Shown piece after piece: positions 1 through 9,758 of a stretch of 53,740 nt of DNA. The translations under genes and the position numbers were made by a program. A model generated the notes under the pieces. The model saw only the letters and a program-made list of their open reading frames with translations, was not told the DNA's origin and did not search any database. This stretch comes from Flexivirga caeni (GTDB lineage: Bacteria; Actinomycetota; Actinomycetes; Actinomycetales; Dermatophilaceae). Within the stretch, counting starts at the first letter, position 1. Each line of letters starts with the position of its first letter. The stretch is from assembly GCF_003724155.1 (NCBI RefSeq), contig NZ_RJJQ01000006.1:1-53740 (forward strand). Direction: 5' to 3'.

Positions 1-1
1 C

Positions 2-223
2 ATCACCGGTGCCGCGCTGACCAAGTTCAACACCTGCGTCGACGACCGCAGCTATGCGAAGTATGTCAAGGCGACGATGACCAACGCCGGCAAGGCGGGC
101 GTCACCGGCACCCCGACGATCTTCATCAACGGCAAGGAAATCAAGAACACGTCCACCGACTACAGCACCTTGCTGCAGACCAAGAACAGCTGGAACACCA
201 TCCTGGCGAAGTACACGAAGTGA
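2..223 (+). CDS. DsbA-like thioredoxin-fold protein, C-terminal fragment (5' end outside the window)
   Basis: Open frame from the window start to TGA at 221-223. The tail ...NAGKAGVTGTPTIFINGKEI...NSWNTILAKYTK resembles DsbA/thiol-disulfide oxidoreductase C-termini. Confidence 0.55.
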   Translation: MTGAALTKFNTCVDDRSYAKYVKATMTNAGKAGVTGTPTIFINGKEIKNTSTDYSTLLQTKNSWNTILAKYTK

Positions 224-233
224 ACTGAGCGGG

Positions 234-1154
234 TCAGTCCGTCATCGCCTTCGCCGCGGTGATCCAGCGGGACAGTTCGGGCTGCCCAGGCTGCGGTTCC
301 TCCGCCTCCCATAGCGCATTAGTGACGAGCCGCACGAAGCTCCACGCGAGCACCCGGTCCTCGTCGAGCCCGGCCGCCTCGGCCACGACACCCGCCCGTA
401 ACCGCAGGTGGGTGCGCAGGCTGTGTGCGCGCGCCGCCTCGTCCCACCGGTTCCACAGCACCGGCGCGACCGCGAACGCCCACTCGCCGGACACCGGCTT
501 CGGGTCGATTGCCAGCCACGGCTCGCGATCGCCCGCCAGGACGTTCTCGAAGTGCAGATCCTGGTGGACGAGCCGGCCATCGCACCCGTCACGCAGCGAG
601 CTGAGCGCGCTGGCAGCCTGCTCCGTCATACGCCGTGGGACCAGGGGAGAACCCTTGCGGCACAACGTTGTCCAGCGATCGATCGCGTCGCTCAGGCGAG
701 TGAACTGGGGAGACGCGGGCCGGTCGAGGCGGCGCATCAGCCCGCCAATCACCTCGCACGCGTCGAGCAACGCGAGGTCATTCAGGTTGCGGTCGTGCTG
801 CAACGGCTCGAGCAGGAGAGCCCACCGGGCAGGGTCCGCCGCGTGCAGCCGGACCGCCCCACGCCCGGCCCAGTACTGCAGGGCGAGGTGTTCCTGACGG
901 GCCTCCTCGTGCGGCCAGGAAAGCTTCAGTACCACCTGCTCGCCGTCGCGATGACACGGTATGACGACAGCGCACACGCCGTGCCACACCGGACCGTCGG
1001 CGCGCAGCCCCCAGTGATCGGCGCACTCCCTGGCCCAGCGCGGCAGCAATCGCAGCCAGTCGTCTCCGCCCAACTCCGGCTCGGGCGGCCGTCCTTGCAC
1101 GACCTCCCGGAACTCCGGTGGAATGCTCGGCGCAATGTCGTGCAGATCGGTCAC
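234..1154 (-). CDS. aminoglycoside phosphotransferase (APH) family kinase, streptomycin-6-kinase-like
   Basis: 306-aa ORF with the catalytic-loop motif HQDLHFENVL and overall APH/choline-kinase-like layout. Confidence 0.7.
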   Translation of the reverse strand: MTDLHDIAPSIPPEFREVVQGRPPEPELGGDDWLRLLPRWARECADHWGLRADGPVWHGVCAVVIPCHRDGEQVVLKLSWPHEEARQEHLALQYWAGRGAVRLHAADPARWALLLEPLQHDRNLNDLALLDACEVIGGLMRRLDRPASPQFTRLSDAIDRWTTLCRKGSPLVPRRMTEQAASALSSLRDGCDGRLVHQDLHFENVLAGDREPWLAIDPKPVSGEWAFAVAPVLWNRWDEAARAHSLRTHLRLRAGVVAEAAGLDEDRVLAWSFVRLVTNALWEAEEPQPGQPELSRWITAAKAMTD

Positions 1155-1207
1155 CGCGCCACGTTACGTCACCAGCACCCGACCGCCGAAACGCTGGACG
1201 TGCGGAC

Positions 1208-1528
1208 TCAGCGACACAGGCAGCCCAGACCCTGGAAGCGATATTGCATGACGTGATAGATGCTGTTGTCATCGGTCTTCCACTGGCTCACGGTCAGCGA
1301 CAGGTCGTTGATCGTCGACCCCGGCATGACGAAGCTGCCGTAGAGTTGCGCGACGTGTGTCGTGTCCTGGTTGTCCCAGGACGAGGCGCCGAGCAGCAGC
1401 GGCACGCGGCGCACTGTGGACAGGTCCGCTGTCGGATGATGCAGGACGCTCGCTTCGATGCGGTACTTCGGGCCGTTGAACCACGCCCACACCCATCGGC
1501 CATGCAGATAGCGCAGCGACATCTCGCC
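1208..1528 (-). CDS. 106-aa ORF: either the frameshifted C-terminal continuation of the DUF4185 gene or a separate small gene
   Basis: Protein-like composition (W/Y/N-rich, ...GRWVWAWFNGPKYRIEAS...). ATG 15 nt inside the upstream gene, preceded by GAGG. Repeats the GRW motif seen just before the upstream stop. Confidence 0.35.
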   Translation of the reverse strand, partial: GEMSLRYLHGRWVWAWFNGPKYRIEASVLHHPTADLSTVRRVPLLLGASSWDNQDTTHVAQLYGSFVMPGSTINDLSLTVSQWKTDDNSIYHVMQYRFQGLGCLCR

Positions 1529-1542
1529 GACGAGTTCACTCA

Positions 1543-2307
1543 TCACCTCGTCGGCGCGACACCCCACTGCCATCTGCCGTTGGCCAATCCCCACGGCTGG
1601 TACAGCTCCGGTCGGGTCAGGTTCCAGGGCCGGACGCGGTGCAGGATCATGCCCGAGTTGCGCAGGAACTTGGTCGAGTAGACGTAGATCCAGCCGTCCG
1701 GGCCGAGGTCCCACGAGACCATCTGGAACTTCTCGTCACACGCATCCGGAGCGAAGCGAGCACCCGAATCCGTCCACGTCTCACCGTTGTCCGTGGAAGT
1801 CCAGATGCCCGACCAGATCACGTTGCCGAAGCCGCGGTTGACCACGCCATGCAGGTAGATCGTGCGACCCAGGGTGATCACGTCGCTGGGGATGATCGTT
1901 GAGATGTCGGCACCATGCGTATACGGAATGAGCTGCTTGGCGCTCGTGCCACCTGGCGCGCCGATGATCTCGGTGAGCCGGTCAGGACGCAGCCGGCGAC
2001 CCCACAGACCGGTGGGGGAGCGCCAGTCCTCACCCCATTTCGGTCCGAACGTGTCGCCGAAGACGAAGAGTGTGCGTCCGTCCGGACAGCGAGCCGGTAT
2101 GCCGAGATCGGCGTAGTCGACATTCCACCTGCCGGTTCGGTCCGGGTCGGTCAGGTCGCCAATCTTGGTGACTCGCAACGAAGTCGGGACGGTGTCGTCG
2201 GCGCGGGCAGCCGGGGCAAGCGACGCGGTGATCGCGGCCGCGCCCAGGCTGCCGAGCAGGGCGCGCCGGCTGGTGATCGAGCCGGACAGTGATGTGCGCT
2301 GGAACAT
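1543..2307 (-). CDS. secreted DUF4185-like protein with Tat/Sec signal peptide; apparently truncated at the 3' end
   Basis: Internal start MFQRTSLSGSITSRRALLGSLGAAAITASLAPAARA (twin-Arg signal) preceded by AAGGAA. GDTFGPKWGEDW and NGETW motifs. Ends in a double stop TGATGA. Confidence 0.6.
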   Translation of the reverse strand: MFQRTSLSGSITSRRALLGSLGAAAITASLAPAARADDTVPTSLRVTKIGDLTDPDRTGRWNVDYADLGIPARCPDGRTLFVFGDTFGPKWGEDWRSPTGLWGRRLRPDRLTEIIGAPGGTSAKQLIPYTHGADISTIIPSDVITLGRTIYLHGVVNRGFGNVIWSGIWTSTDNGETWTDSGARFAPDACDEKFQMVSWDLGPDGWIYVYSTKFLRNSGMILHRVRPWNLTRPELYQPWGLANGRWQWGVAPTR

Positions 2308-2405
2308 CTGCTGATTCCTTGTCGTCGTAGTCGAGCGAGAAAACGATTTCTTGCAAGACTGCCGCGAGCTGCCGTGAGGCGTCAAGGGTCCGGGCGGTGC
2401 TGCCG

Positions 2406-3311
2406 TCAGTCGGCGAGTCCGGGAAAGGCACTCGGGGTTGCACCCCACCGCCACAGCTGGGCAGTGGCGTCGGTCCACAGGTGCACGACCGCGAGGAACG
2501 ACCCGGCGTCGCCCCGGGTCGCGGCAATCTGGCCGGCGCATGCGTCGGCCAGGTCGGTCAGCACCTGCTGGGCGAGCTGCCGGCGCACTGCGTCGGTCGT
2601 CGGCTGCACCGGGAGTGCGTAGCCGTCCGGCTGGCCCGGCGCGTTCGTGCCGAGGGCCGCTTCCCAGGCGCTGCGGGTCGGGCTCAACGCGGTCAGCGTT
2701 GCTTTGGCCCTGGCGCGTGCCGTGACGGGCGTCTTCGCGACGATTACCTCGAACGCATAGATCGCCGCCTGCAGCGCGGGCAGAATCGCTGTGGTCTCAG
2801 CGGGTTTCGGCACGGTCGGGTTCGGCGTCGGCTGCGCGGTGCCGAGCATTTGGGCCGCCGCCCCGAACGTCACGCCGATCGCCGCGGCCATCGGCAGGTT
2901 CCGGGCCGTCAGTGACGCGAGCGTGCCGACCCCCTGGGCGGCCCCGGCCTCGAACAGGCCCAAAGGCGCTGGGGACGCGGCGCTCGTGGGCTGCGGCGCC
3001 GGCGTCATACCCTGCGTCGCCATCACGGCGATGAGACGGGTGCGCTGCGCGCGGTGCATCCGGGTCAGGCTCTGCGAGAGCGCGGGCTTGCCCTTCGCCT
3101 GCAAATGGGCGGCCATATCGAGCTGCAGGAGCAATTGGCGCAGCACCGGCTGGTCGGGCGGCGGTGACTGGGTCTTGATGCCCGGGACGTGCGGCGCGCC
3201 CTTCTTCAGCCGTATGTCGCACCCGGTCAGCCCGAATGCCGCCGCCGCCGCGACGGCGGCGGACAGGACGGTGCGCCGGCGCAGGTGGGCGCGTCGTTCG
3301 TCCGGAGGCAT
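2406..3311 (-). CDS. lipoprotein, ferritin-like DUF4439-type
   Basis: Start MPPDERRAHLRRRTVLSAAVAAAAAFGLTGCD (lipobox LTGC). Pro/Ala/Thr-rich linker, then the LQAAIYAFEVIVAKT motif. Confidence 0.55.
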   Translation of the reverse strand: MPPDERRAHLRRRTVLSAAVAAAAAFGLTGCDIRLKKGAPHVPGIKTQSPPPDQPVLRQLLLQLDMAAHLQAKGKPALSQSLTRMHRAQRTRLIAVMATQGMTPAPQPTSAASPAPLGLFEAGAAQGVGTLASLTARNLPMAAAIGVTFGAAAQMLGTAQPTPNPTVPKPAETTAILPALQAAIYAFEVIVAKTPVTARARAKATLTALSPTRSAWEAALGTNAPGQPDGYALPVQPTTDAVRRQLAQQVLTDLADACAGQIAATRGDAGSFLAVVHLWTDATAQLWRWGATPSAFPGLAD

Positions 3312-3399
3312 GCTCGCATCTTCGCATGCGGGGCGCCGGCGACCGCTGCGGCCGGGCGGGCGGCGAGGGCGCCACACTGTGAACATCATTTGACGTTTT
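3312..3399. promoter_or_regulatory. AT-rich divergent promoter region between the lipoprotein gene and sirA
   Basis: tgtgaacatcatttgacgttttgtgtcaccaaatgaaacgttatgcaa is strongly AT-rich for this genome. It contains TTGACG and an ACGTTT..AAACGT inverted repeat. Confidence 0.3.
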
Positions 3400-5070
3400 G
3401 TGTCACCAAATGAAACGTTATGCAATGTGGCAGCGCGAAGTAACGGGCAGTGGGCCCTGGGTGAGCACGAGCCGCTCAACGCCAACGAGGTGATGAAGCG
3501 CGACGACGACGGACTCAACGTCCGCACCCGCATCGAGGAGATCTATGCGAAGGGCGGCTGGGATTCGATCCCGGCTGACGACCTGCGCGGCCGGATGCGG
3601 TGGTGGGGTCTCTACACGCAGCGGCGCGAGGGGATCCCCGGTGGCCGCACCGCCACCCTGACGCCCGAGGAGCTCGAGGCGCCGTACTTCATGATGCGGG
3701 TGCGCATCGACGGCGGCCAGCTGAGCACCGAGCAGGTGCGCGTGATCGCCAGCATCGCGCAGGAGTTCGGCCGCGACACCGCGGACCTCACCGACCGGGG
3801 CAACGTGCAGTTCCACTGGATCCGCATCGAGGACGTCCCGGAGATCTGGCGGCGGCTCGAAGCGGTCGGGCTTGAGACGACCGAGGCGTGTGGCGACTGC
3901 ACCCGGGTGCTGCTGGGGTCGCCGGTCGCCGGACTCAGTGTCGACGAGGTGATCGACGTGTCGCCCGCCATCGCCGAGATCAACCGCCGGTATGTCGGAG
4001 ACCCCGACCTGTCCAACCTCCCGCGCAAGTTCAAGACCTCGATCGCCTGGCTGCCCGACGCGGCGCCGGAGATCAACGACGTGGCTTTCGTCGGCGTCGA
4101 GCACCCGCGGCTCGGCCCGGGATTCGACCTGCTGGTCGGTGGCGGTTTGTCGACCAACCCGTTCCTCGCCGAACGGCTCGGAGTATTCGTCACCCTGGAA
4201 CAGCTGCCCGACGTGTGGGTTTCGGTCGTGCGCATCTTCCGCGACTACGGCTACCGCCGGTCGCGCAACCGTGCTCGGATGAAGTTCCTCGTCGCGGACT
4301 GGGGGACCGCCAAGTTCCGCGAGGTGCTCGAGACCGAATACCTCAAGGCAGCACTGCCCGACGGACCGGCCGCCCCGCAGCCCACGGTCACGATGGACCA
4401 CGTCGGCATCCACGAGCAGCGCGGTGGCGGAAAGTATGTCGGCCTGACCGTCGTCGCCGGCCGGCTCAGTGGCACCAAGCTCGCCGAAGTCGCGGATGCG
4501 GCCGAAGCGGCCGGGTCGCAGCGGATCCGCCTGACGCCATACCAGAAGCTGATCGTCGCCGACGTCCGCGACGACGCGGTCGACGCACTGGTCGAACGGT
4601 TGGAAGCCGTTGGCCTGAGCGCGAATCCGACTCCGTGGCGGCGCACTATCATGGCGTGCACCGGTGTGGAGTTCTGCAAGCTCGCGATCGTGGAAACCAA
4701 GGAGCGCGCACACTCGCTGCTCCCCGAACTCGAGCGCAAGCTCGCCAACCTCGCTCCGGACGACGCGATCTCGGTGCACCTCAACGGCTGCGCCAACTCG
4801 TGCGCGCGCATCCAGGTCGCCGACATCGGGCTCAAAGGCCAGATCGTCACGGATGCCGAGGGAAATCAGGTGGAAGGGTTCCAGGTGCACCTCGGCGGCC
4901 GGCTCGGGCAGCGGGCCGACTTCGGCCGCAAGCTGCGTGGGCACAAGGTGACGTCTGCCGAACTCGGCGACTACATCGAGCGGGTGACGCGCAACTTCCT
5001 GGCCGGACGCGCCGACGGCGAGAACTTCTCGGAGTGGGCCGTGCGCGCGGACGAAGCGGTGCTCCGATGA
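3400..5070 (+). CDS. sirA: ferredoxin-dependent sulfite reductase (siroheme/[4Fe-4S])
   Basis: GTG start. Near-colinear with mycobacterial SirA/NirA (NGQWALGEHEPLNANE, WWGLYTQR, FMMRVR). Cys motifs CTGVEFCKLA and CANSCAR. Confidence 0.9.
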   Translation: MSPNETLCNVAARSNGQWALGEHEPLNANEVMKRDDDGLNVRTRIEEIYAKGGWDSIPADDLRGRMRWWGLYTQRREGIPGGRTATLTPEELEAPYFMMRVRIDGGQLSTEQVRVIASIAQEFGRDTADLTDRGNVQFHWIRIEDVPEIWRRLEAVGLETTEACGDCTRVLLGSPVAGLSVDEVIDVSPAIAEINRRYVGDPDLSNLPRKFKTSIAWLPDAAPEINDVAFVGVEHPRLGPGFDLLVGGGLSTNPFLAERLGVFVTLEQLPDVWVSVVRIFRDYGYRRSRNRARMKFLVADWGTAKFREVLETEYLKAALPDGPAAPQPTVTMDHVGIHEQRGGGKYVGLTVVAGRLSGTKLAEVADAAEAAGSQRIRLTPYQKLIVADVRDDAVDALVERLEAVGLSANPTPWRRTIMACTGVEFCKLAIVETKERAHSLLPELERKLANLAPDDAISVHLNGCANSCARIQVADIGLKGQIVTDAEGNQVEGFQVHLGGRLGQRADFGRKLRGHKVTSAELGDYIERVTRNFLAGRADGENFSEWAVRADEAVLR

Positions 5071-5759
5071 GTTTCACGGAGCGAGAACTGCGGGCGCTCG
5101 CAGCCGAAGGTGCTGCAGCGCTTACGGGTTCGCCGGCAACCGAGGTTCTGCAGTGGGCCGTCAACTCCGGGCTGCGACTCGCCATCGCTGGGTCGATGCA
5201 GGACACCGTGCTCGTGCACCTGGCCAGCACGGCGCTGCCCGGCGTCGACGTGCTCTTCCTCGACACCGGCTACCACTTCCGCGAGACCCTGCAGACGCGG
5301 GATCGCGTCGCGGCGGCATACTCCGTGCGGGTGCGGAGCATCACACCGCGCCAGACAGTCGCCGAGCAGGACGCCGACTACGGGGTCGCGCTGCACGAGC
5401 GCGACCCCGACCTGTGCTGTGCGCTCCGCAAGACGCAGCCGCTGGACGAGGTACTCGGCGAATACGACGCGTGGGCAACGGGTTTGCGCCGTGCGGAGTC
5501 CGAGTCGCGGCGTGACACGCCCATCGTGTCGTATGACGAACGGCGCGACAAGATCAAACTCGCTCCGCTCGCGGCATGGAGCGACGAGCAGGTCGCGGCG
5601 TTTGCCGAGGCGCACGACCTCATTGCCAATCCCTTGTTGTCCCAGGGTTATCCGTCGATCGGGTGCGCGCCCTGCACTCGACGGGTCGCTGCCGGCGCCG
5701 ATGCTCGATCGGGACGCTGGGCGGGCACGGCCAAGACCGAGTGCGGAATCCATGTGTGA
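5067..5759 (+). CDS. cysH: adenylyl-sulfate (APS) reductase, thioredoxin-dependent
   Basis: ATGA overlap with the sirA stop. PAPS-reductase fold with Cys-Cys (CCALRK) and CxxC (GCAPCT) Fe-S motifs typical of APS reductases. Confidence 0.9.
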   Translation: MSFTERELRALAAEGAAALTGSPATEVLQWAVNSGLRLAIAGSMQDTVLVHLASTALPGVDVLFLDTGYHFRETLQTRDRVAAAYSVRVRSITPRQTVAEQDADYGVALHERDPDLCCALRKTQPLDEVLGEYDAWATGLRRAESESRRDTPIVSYDERRDKIKLAPLAAWSDEQVAAFAEAHDLIANPLLSQGYPSIGCAPCTRRVAAGADARSGRWAGTAKTECGIHV

Positions 5760-5774
5760 GCCGAAGGAGCACCG

Positions 5775-6689
5775 ATGACCATCACCGATCTGCCCGCGAC
5801 CGACGTGTCGCTGCGGTCGCTGGAGGCGGAATCGATCGAGATCATCCGCGAGGTGATCGCTGAATTCGACCGTCCGGCACTGCTTTTCAGTGGTGGCAAG
5901 GACTCCGCTGTGCTGTTGCATCTCGCGCGCAAGGCGATCTGGCCGGCGCCGCTGCCGATCGCGCTGCTGCACGTGGACACCGGGCACAACCTGCCCGAGG
6001 TCATCGATTTCCGCGACCGTGTCGTCGCGGAGGGAAACCACCGCCTGGTCGTGGCGTCCGTCGAGGACTGGCTGGCCGACGGCCGGCTCACCGAACGCCC
6101 GGACGGCACCCGAAACCCGTTGCAAACAGTGCCATTGCTGGACACCATCGCGTCGGAGAAGTTCGACGCGCTGCTCGGTGGCGCCCGTCGCGACGAGGAC
6201 CGTGCGCGGGCCAAGGAGCGCATCTTCTCCGTGCGGGACGCGTTCGGCGGCTGGGACCCGCGCAAGCAGCGGCCGGAACTCTGGCGCATCTACAACGGCC
6301 GGCACGCCCCGGGCGAGCACACCCGGGTATTCCCGATCTCCAACTGGACCGAGCTCGACGTGTGGCGCTATATCCAGGCCGAGGACGTCGCGCTGCCGAG
6401 CATCTACTACGCCCACCAGAGGGACGTCTTCCACCGCGATGGCATGTGGCTCACCCCCGGCCCGTGGGGTGGTCCGCGTGACGGAGAATCGTTGGAAACA
6501 TTGAGCGTTCGCTACCGCACGGTCGGTGACGGTTCGTGCACGGGGGCCGTGCTGAGCACGGCGACGACCGTGTCCGGGGTGATCGAGGAGATCTCGGTCA
6601 GCACGTTGACCGAGCGCGGCGCAACGCGCGCCGACGACCGGCTGTCTGAGGCTGCCATGGAGGATCGCAAGCGGGAAGGCTACTTCTAA
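5775..6689 (+). CDS. cysD: sulfate adenylyltransferase subunit 2
   Basis: RBS GAAGGAG. LLFSGGKDSAVLLHLA PP-loop motif, CysD-length 304 aa. Confidence 0.92.
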   Translation: MTITDLPATDVSLRSLEAESIEIIREVIAEFDRPALLFSGGKDSAVLLHLARKAIWPAPLPIALLHVDTGHNLPEVIDFRDRVVAEGNHRLVVASVEDWLADGRLTERPDGTRNPLQTVPLLDTIASEKFDALLGGARRDEDRARAKERIFSVRDAFGGWDPRKQRPELWRIYNGRHAPGEHTRVFPISNWTELDVWRYIQAEDVALPSIYYAHQRDVFHRDGMWLTPGPWGGPRDGESLETLSVRYRTVGDGSCTGAVLSTATTVSGVIEEISVSTLTERGATRADDRLSEAAMEDRKREGYF

Positions 6690-6691
6690 AG

Positions 6692-7975
6692 ATGACGACC
6701 GACACCCGGACCTCCGAACGTGACCAGCTGCGGCTGGTCATCACCGGCTCGGTCGATGACGGGAAGTCCACTCTCGTGGGGCGACTGCTGCACGACACCA
6801 AGTCGATCCTGGCCGATCAGTTCGAGGCGACCCTGCACGCGAGCCAGGGTCGTGGCGCGACCGAGTTCGATTTCGCGCTCCTCACCGACGGGTTGCGCGC
6901 GGAGCGGGAGCAGGGCATCACCATCGATGTCGCCTACCGCTACTTCGCAACTCCCCGAAGGAATTTCGTCCTCGCTGACACCCCGGGTCACGTGCAATAC
7001 ACCCGCAACACGGTCACCGGCGCCTCCACTGCAGAGGCGGCCGTCGTGCTGGTCGACGTACGCCGCGGCGTGTCGCCGCAGACGCGGCGGCATGCGGCCG
7101 TGCTCGCCCTGTTGCGCGTGCCGCAGGTCGTCTTCGCGATCAACAAGATGGACGCCGTCGACTGGTCGGAGGAGCGCTTCGCCGCCGTCGCCGACGACGT
7201 GCGGCAGGTCGCCGAGCGGGTAGGTCTCACGGCCACGCACATCATCCCGGTCAGTGCGCTGACCGGCGACAACGTCGCGGCGCCCGGCCCGGACTGGTAT
7301 GCCGGGAGCCCCCTCCTCGACGTGCTGGAAACGCTGCCGGCGCACCAGGCTTCCGACGGCGAACCCTTCCGGTTCCCAGTGCAACTCGTGATCCGGCCAC
7401 GCACCACGGATTACCCGGACTATCGCGGTCTGGCCGGCCGGGTCGCCTCGGGCACGGTGCACGTCGGGGAGACCGTCACGGCATACCCGAGCGGCAGGAG
7501 TTCGACGGTCGTCGCCATCGACGGCGCCACCGGGGAGCAGTCGCTTGCGACGGTCGGCGACTCGGTGACCGTTCGGATGGCCGACGAGCTCGACGTCGGG
7601 CGCGGTGAGGTGCTGGTCACCGGGTCGCCCATTCGCACCACGCAGCATCTGGACTCGGTCCTCACCTGGCTCGACGAGCGACCGACTTCGCCCCGGCAGC
7701 GGGTGCTGGTCAAAGTCGGCACCCGCACGACTCGCGGGTTGCTCGCGCCGCCGCACGCGGTGTGGCACGTGGACGAACTGGAGTGGCAGGACAGTTCGGC
7801 ACCGTTGCAGCTCAACGACATCGGGCGCGTGCAGGTCCAGCTCGCCGAGCCGGTTGCGGTGGATGAGTACGCGACGCATCGCGGGACCGGTGCCTTCCTC
7901 GTGATCGACCCGGACACGGGCTCGACCTTGGCGGCCGGGCTCACCGGCTCCGAGTTGGGCGCGCTCGCCGGCTGA
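6692..7975 (+). CDS. cysN: sulfate adenylyltransferase subunit 1 (GTPase), no CysC domain
   Basis: GSVDDGKST, DTPGH and NKMD GTPase motifs. 427 aa, so no fused APS-kinase domain. Confidence 0.92.
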   Translation: MTTDTRTSERDQLRLVITGSVDDGKSTLVGRLLHDTKSILADQFEATLHASQGRGATEFDFALLTDGLRAEREQGITIDVAYRYFATPRRNFVLADTPGHVQYTRNTVTGASTAEAAVVLVDVRRGVSPQTRRHAAVLALLRVPQVVFAINKMDAVDWSEERFAAVADDVRQVAERVGLTATHIIPVSALTGDNVAAPGPDWYAGSPLLDVLETLPAHQASDGEPFRFPVQLVIRPRTTDYPDYRGLAGRVASGTVHVGETVTAYPSGRSSTVVAIDGATGEQSLATVGDSVTVRMADELDVGRGEVLVTGSPIRTTQHLDSVLTWLDERPTSPRQRVLVKVGTRTTRGLLAPPHAVWHVDELEWQDSSAPLQLNDIGRVQVQLAEPVAVDEYATHRGTGAFLVIDPDTGSTLAAGLTGSELGALAG

Positions 7976-7987
7976 GCTCGCCGGGCC

Positions 7988-8077
7988 GGGGTGTCCCGAA
8001 GGCGCGACGGTCGAGGGTTCGGGACGGGAAACCGCGCCGGGGGTGTCCCGAAGGCGCGACGGTCGAGCTTTCGGGAC
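7988..8077. repeat. tandem pair (52-bp period) of REP-like hairpin repeats GTCCCGAAGGCGCGACGGTCGAG(GG/CT)TTCGGGAC
   Basis: Two near-identical units at ~7993-8025 and ~8045-8077. Each is an 8-9 bp stem (GTCCCGAA/TTCGGGAC) around a conserved loop containing GACGGTCGAG. A third copy lies at ~41276-41311. Confidence 0.8.
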
Positions 8078-8192
8078 GCACACGCCGGCGCCACCACCCG
8101 CGCGCAACGCCCCGACCTGCGCGGATGCCCTGTCCCACACCAGCCGGGTATGGTGAGACCTCCCCATCGAGAACAGCAGGAGCAGGCGAAGT

Positions 8193-8732
8193 ATGAGCGA
8201 ACCGCAATCCGCCCGCACCGAGCGCATCACCGCCGACCTGGCCGCGCTCCTGGCTCCGCTGGATCTCGTCGTCGAGGACGTCACCGTGATGCCGGCCGGC
8301 AAGCGACGCCTCGTGCGCGTGCTGGTCGACCGAGCGTTGCCGGCGAACGGCGACCCGACGGACGTCATACCGCCGCTCGACCTGGACCAGGTCGCCGAGG
8401 TGACCCGGGCGGTCAGTGACCGGCTCGACGAGACCGACGCGATGGGGGAGCAGCCCTACGTGCTCGAGGTCAGCTCACCGGGCACCGACCGTCCGCTGAC
8501 CGATCCCCGCCACTTCCGCCGCAACGTCGGCCGGCTGGTCGAGGTCACAGTGCCGGGTCAGGCGGCTGTCACCGGGCGGATCACCCGCGCCGACGTTGAG
8601 GGGTTCGCGCTCGAAATCACCGGGAAGAAGGGCGCCGTGACCGAGCAGTCCTTCGGGTATGACGAGGGCCTGCGCGGCACCGTGCACGTGGAGTTCAACC
8701 GCAGCAGCGAGGCACAAGGAGAGGACGACTGA
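8193..8732 (+). CDS. rimP: ribosome maturation factor RimP
   Basis: DUF150/RimP-like sequence. Immediately upstream of nusA with a 1-nt TGATG overlap. Confidence 0.88.
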   Translation: MSEPQSARTERITADLAALLAPLDLVVEDVTVMPAGKRRLVRVLVDRALPANGDPTDVIPPLDLDQVAEVTRAVSDRLDETDAMGEQPYVLEVSSPGTDRPLTDPRHFRRNVGRLVEVTVPGQAAVTGRITRADVEGFALEITGKKGAVTEQSFGYDEGLRGTVHVEFNRSSEAQGEDD

Positions 8733-9742
8733 TGGACATCGACATGGCCGCGTTGCGAGCGCTGGAACGCGAGCGGGACATCCCGATGGACGTGATCGTG
8801 CCGGCGATCGAGCAGGCGCTGCTGACGGCATACCACCGGGAGGACGGCACCTACCGCACCGCTCGTGTCGAACTCGACCGCAAGAGCGGCCACGTGGTCG
8901 TCTGGGCGCGCGAGGACGCGCCGGTCGACGACGAAGGCAATCGCGGGGAGCCGGGCCCGGAGTTCGACGACACCCCGACCGACTTCGGCCGGGTCGCCGC
9001 CGCCACCGCGCGCCAGGTGATCGTGCAGCGCATGCGCGACGTCGAGGACGAGGCGATCCTCGGCGACTTCCGCGGCCGCGAGGGTGATGTCGTCGCCGGC
9101 GTCATCCAGCAGTCGAGCGACCCGCACGCCGTGCACGTCGACTTCGGCACCGTCGAGGGGCTGCTGCCGTCGGCCGAGCAGGTGCCCGGTGAGCGCTACG
9201 TGCATGGGGAGCGGCTGCGCTGCTACGTCGTCAGCGTGAAGCGCGGGCCGAAGGGGCCGCAGATCATGCTGTCGCGCAAACATCCCAACCTGGTCCGCAA
9301 ACTGTTCGCGCTGGAGGTGCCCGAGATCGCCGACGGCACCGTGGAGATCTCCGCGCTCGCGCGTGAGGCCGGCCACCGCAGCAAGATCGCGGTGCACGCG
9401 TCACGGCAGGGTGTCAACGCCAAGGGCGCGTGCATCGGCCCGATGGGTTCGCGGGTGCGTGCGGTGATGACCGAGCTGCGCGGCGAGAAGATCGACATCG
9501 TCGACTACTCCGACGACCCAGCGCAGTTCATCGCCGCAGCCTTGTCGCCCTCCCGTGTCGAGTCCGTGGAGATCGTCGACGACCGGGCACGCTCCGCGCG
9601 AGTCGTCGTGCCCGACTTCCAGCTCAGCCTGGCAATCGGCAAGGAAGGCCAGAACGCCCGCCTCGCGGCGAAGCTGACCGGTTGGCGCATCGACATCCGT
9701 GCGGACACCGCGGCACCCGGCGATGCCGGAGCCCCGGACTGA
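8732..9742 (+). CDS. nusA: transcription termination/antitermination factor NusA
   Basis: NusA N-terminal, S1 and KH domains (…[18 protein letters not shown]…). Conserved rimP-nusA-infB order. Confidence 0.93.
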   Translation: MDIDMAALRALERERDIPMDVIVPAIEQALLTAYHREDGTYRTARVELDRKSGHVVVWAREDAPVDDEGNRGEPGPEFDDTPTDFGRVAAATARQVIVQRMRDVEDEAILGDFRGREGDVVAGVIQQSSDPHAVHVDFGTVEGLLPSAEQVPGERYVHGERLRCYVVSVKRGPKGPQIMLSRKHPNLVRKLFALEVPEIADGTVEISALAREAGHRSKIAVHASRQGVNAKGACIGPMGSRVRAVMTELRGEKIDIVDYSDDPAQFIAAALSPSRVESVEIVDDRARSARVVVPDFQLSLAIGKEGQNARLAAKLTGWRIDIRADTAAPGDAGAPD

Positions 9743-9758
9743 CTGCGGTAGGCTTGTG

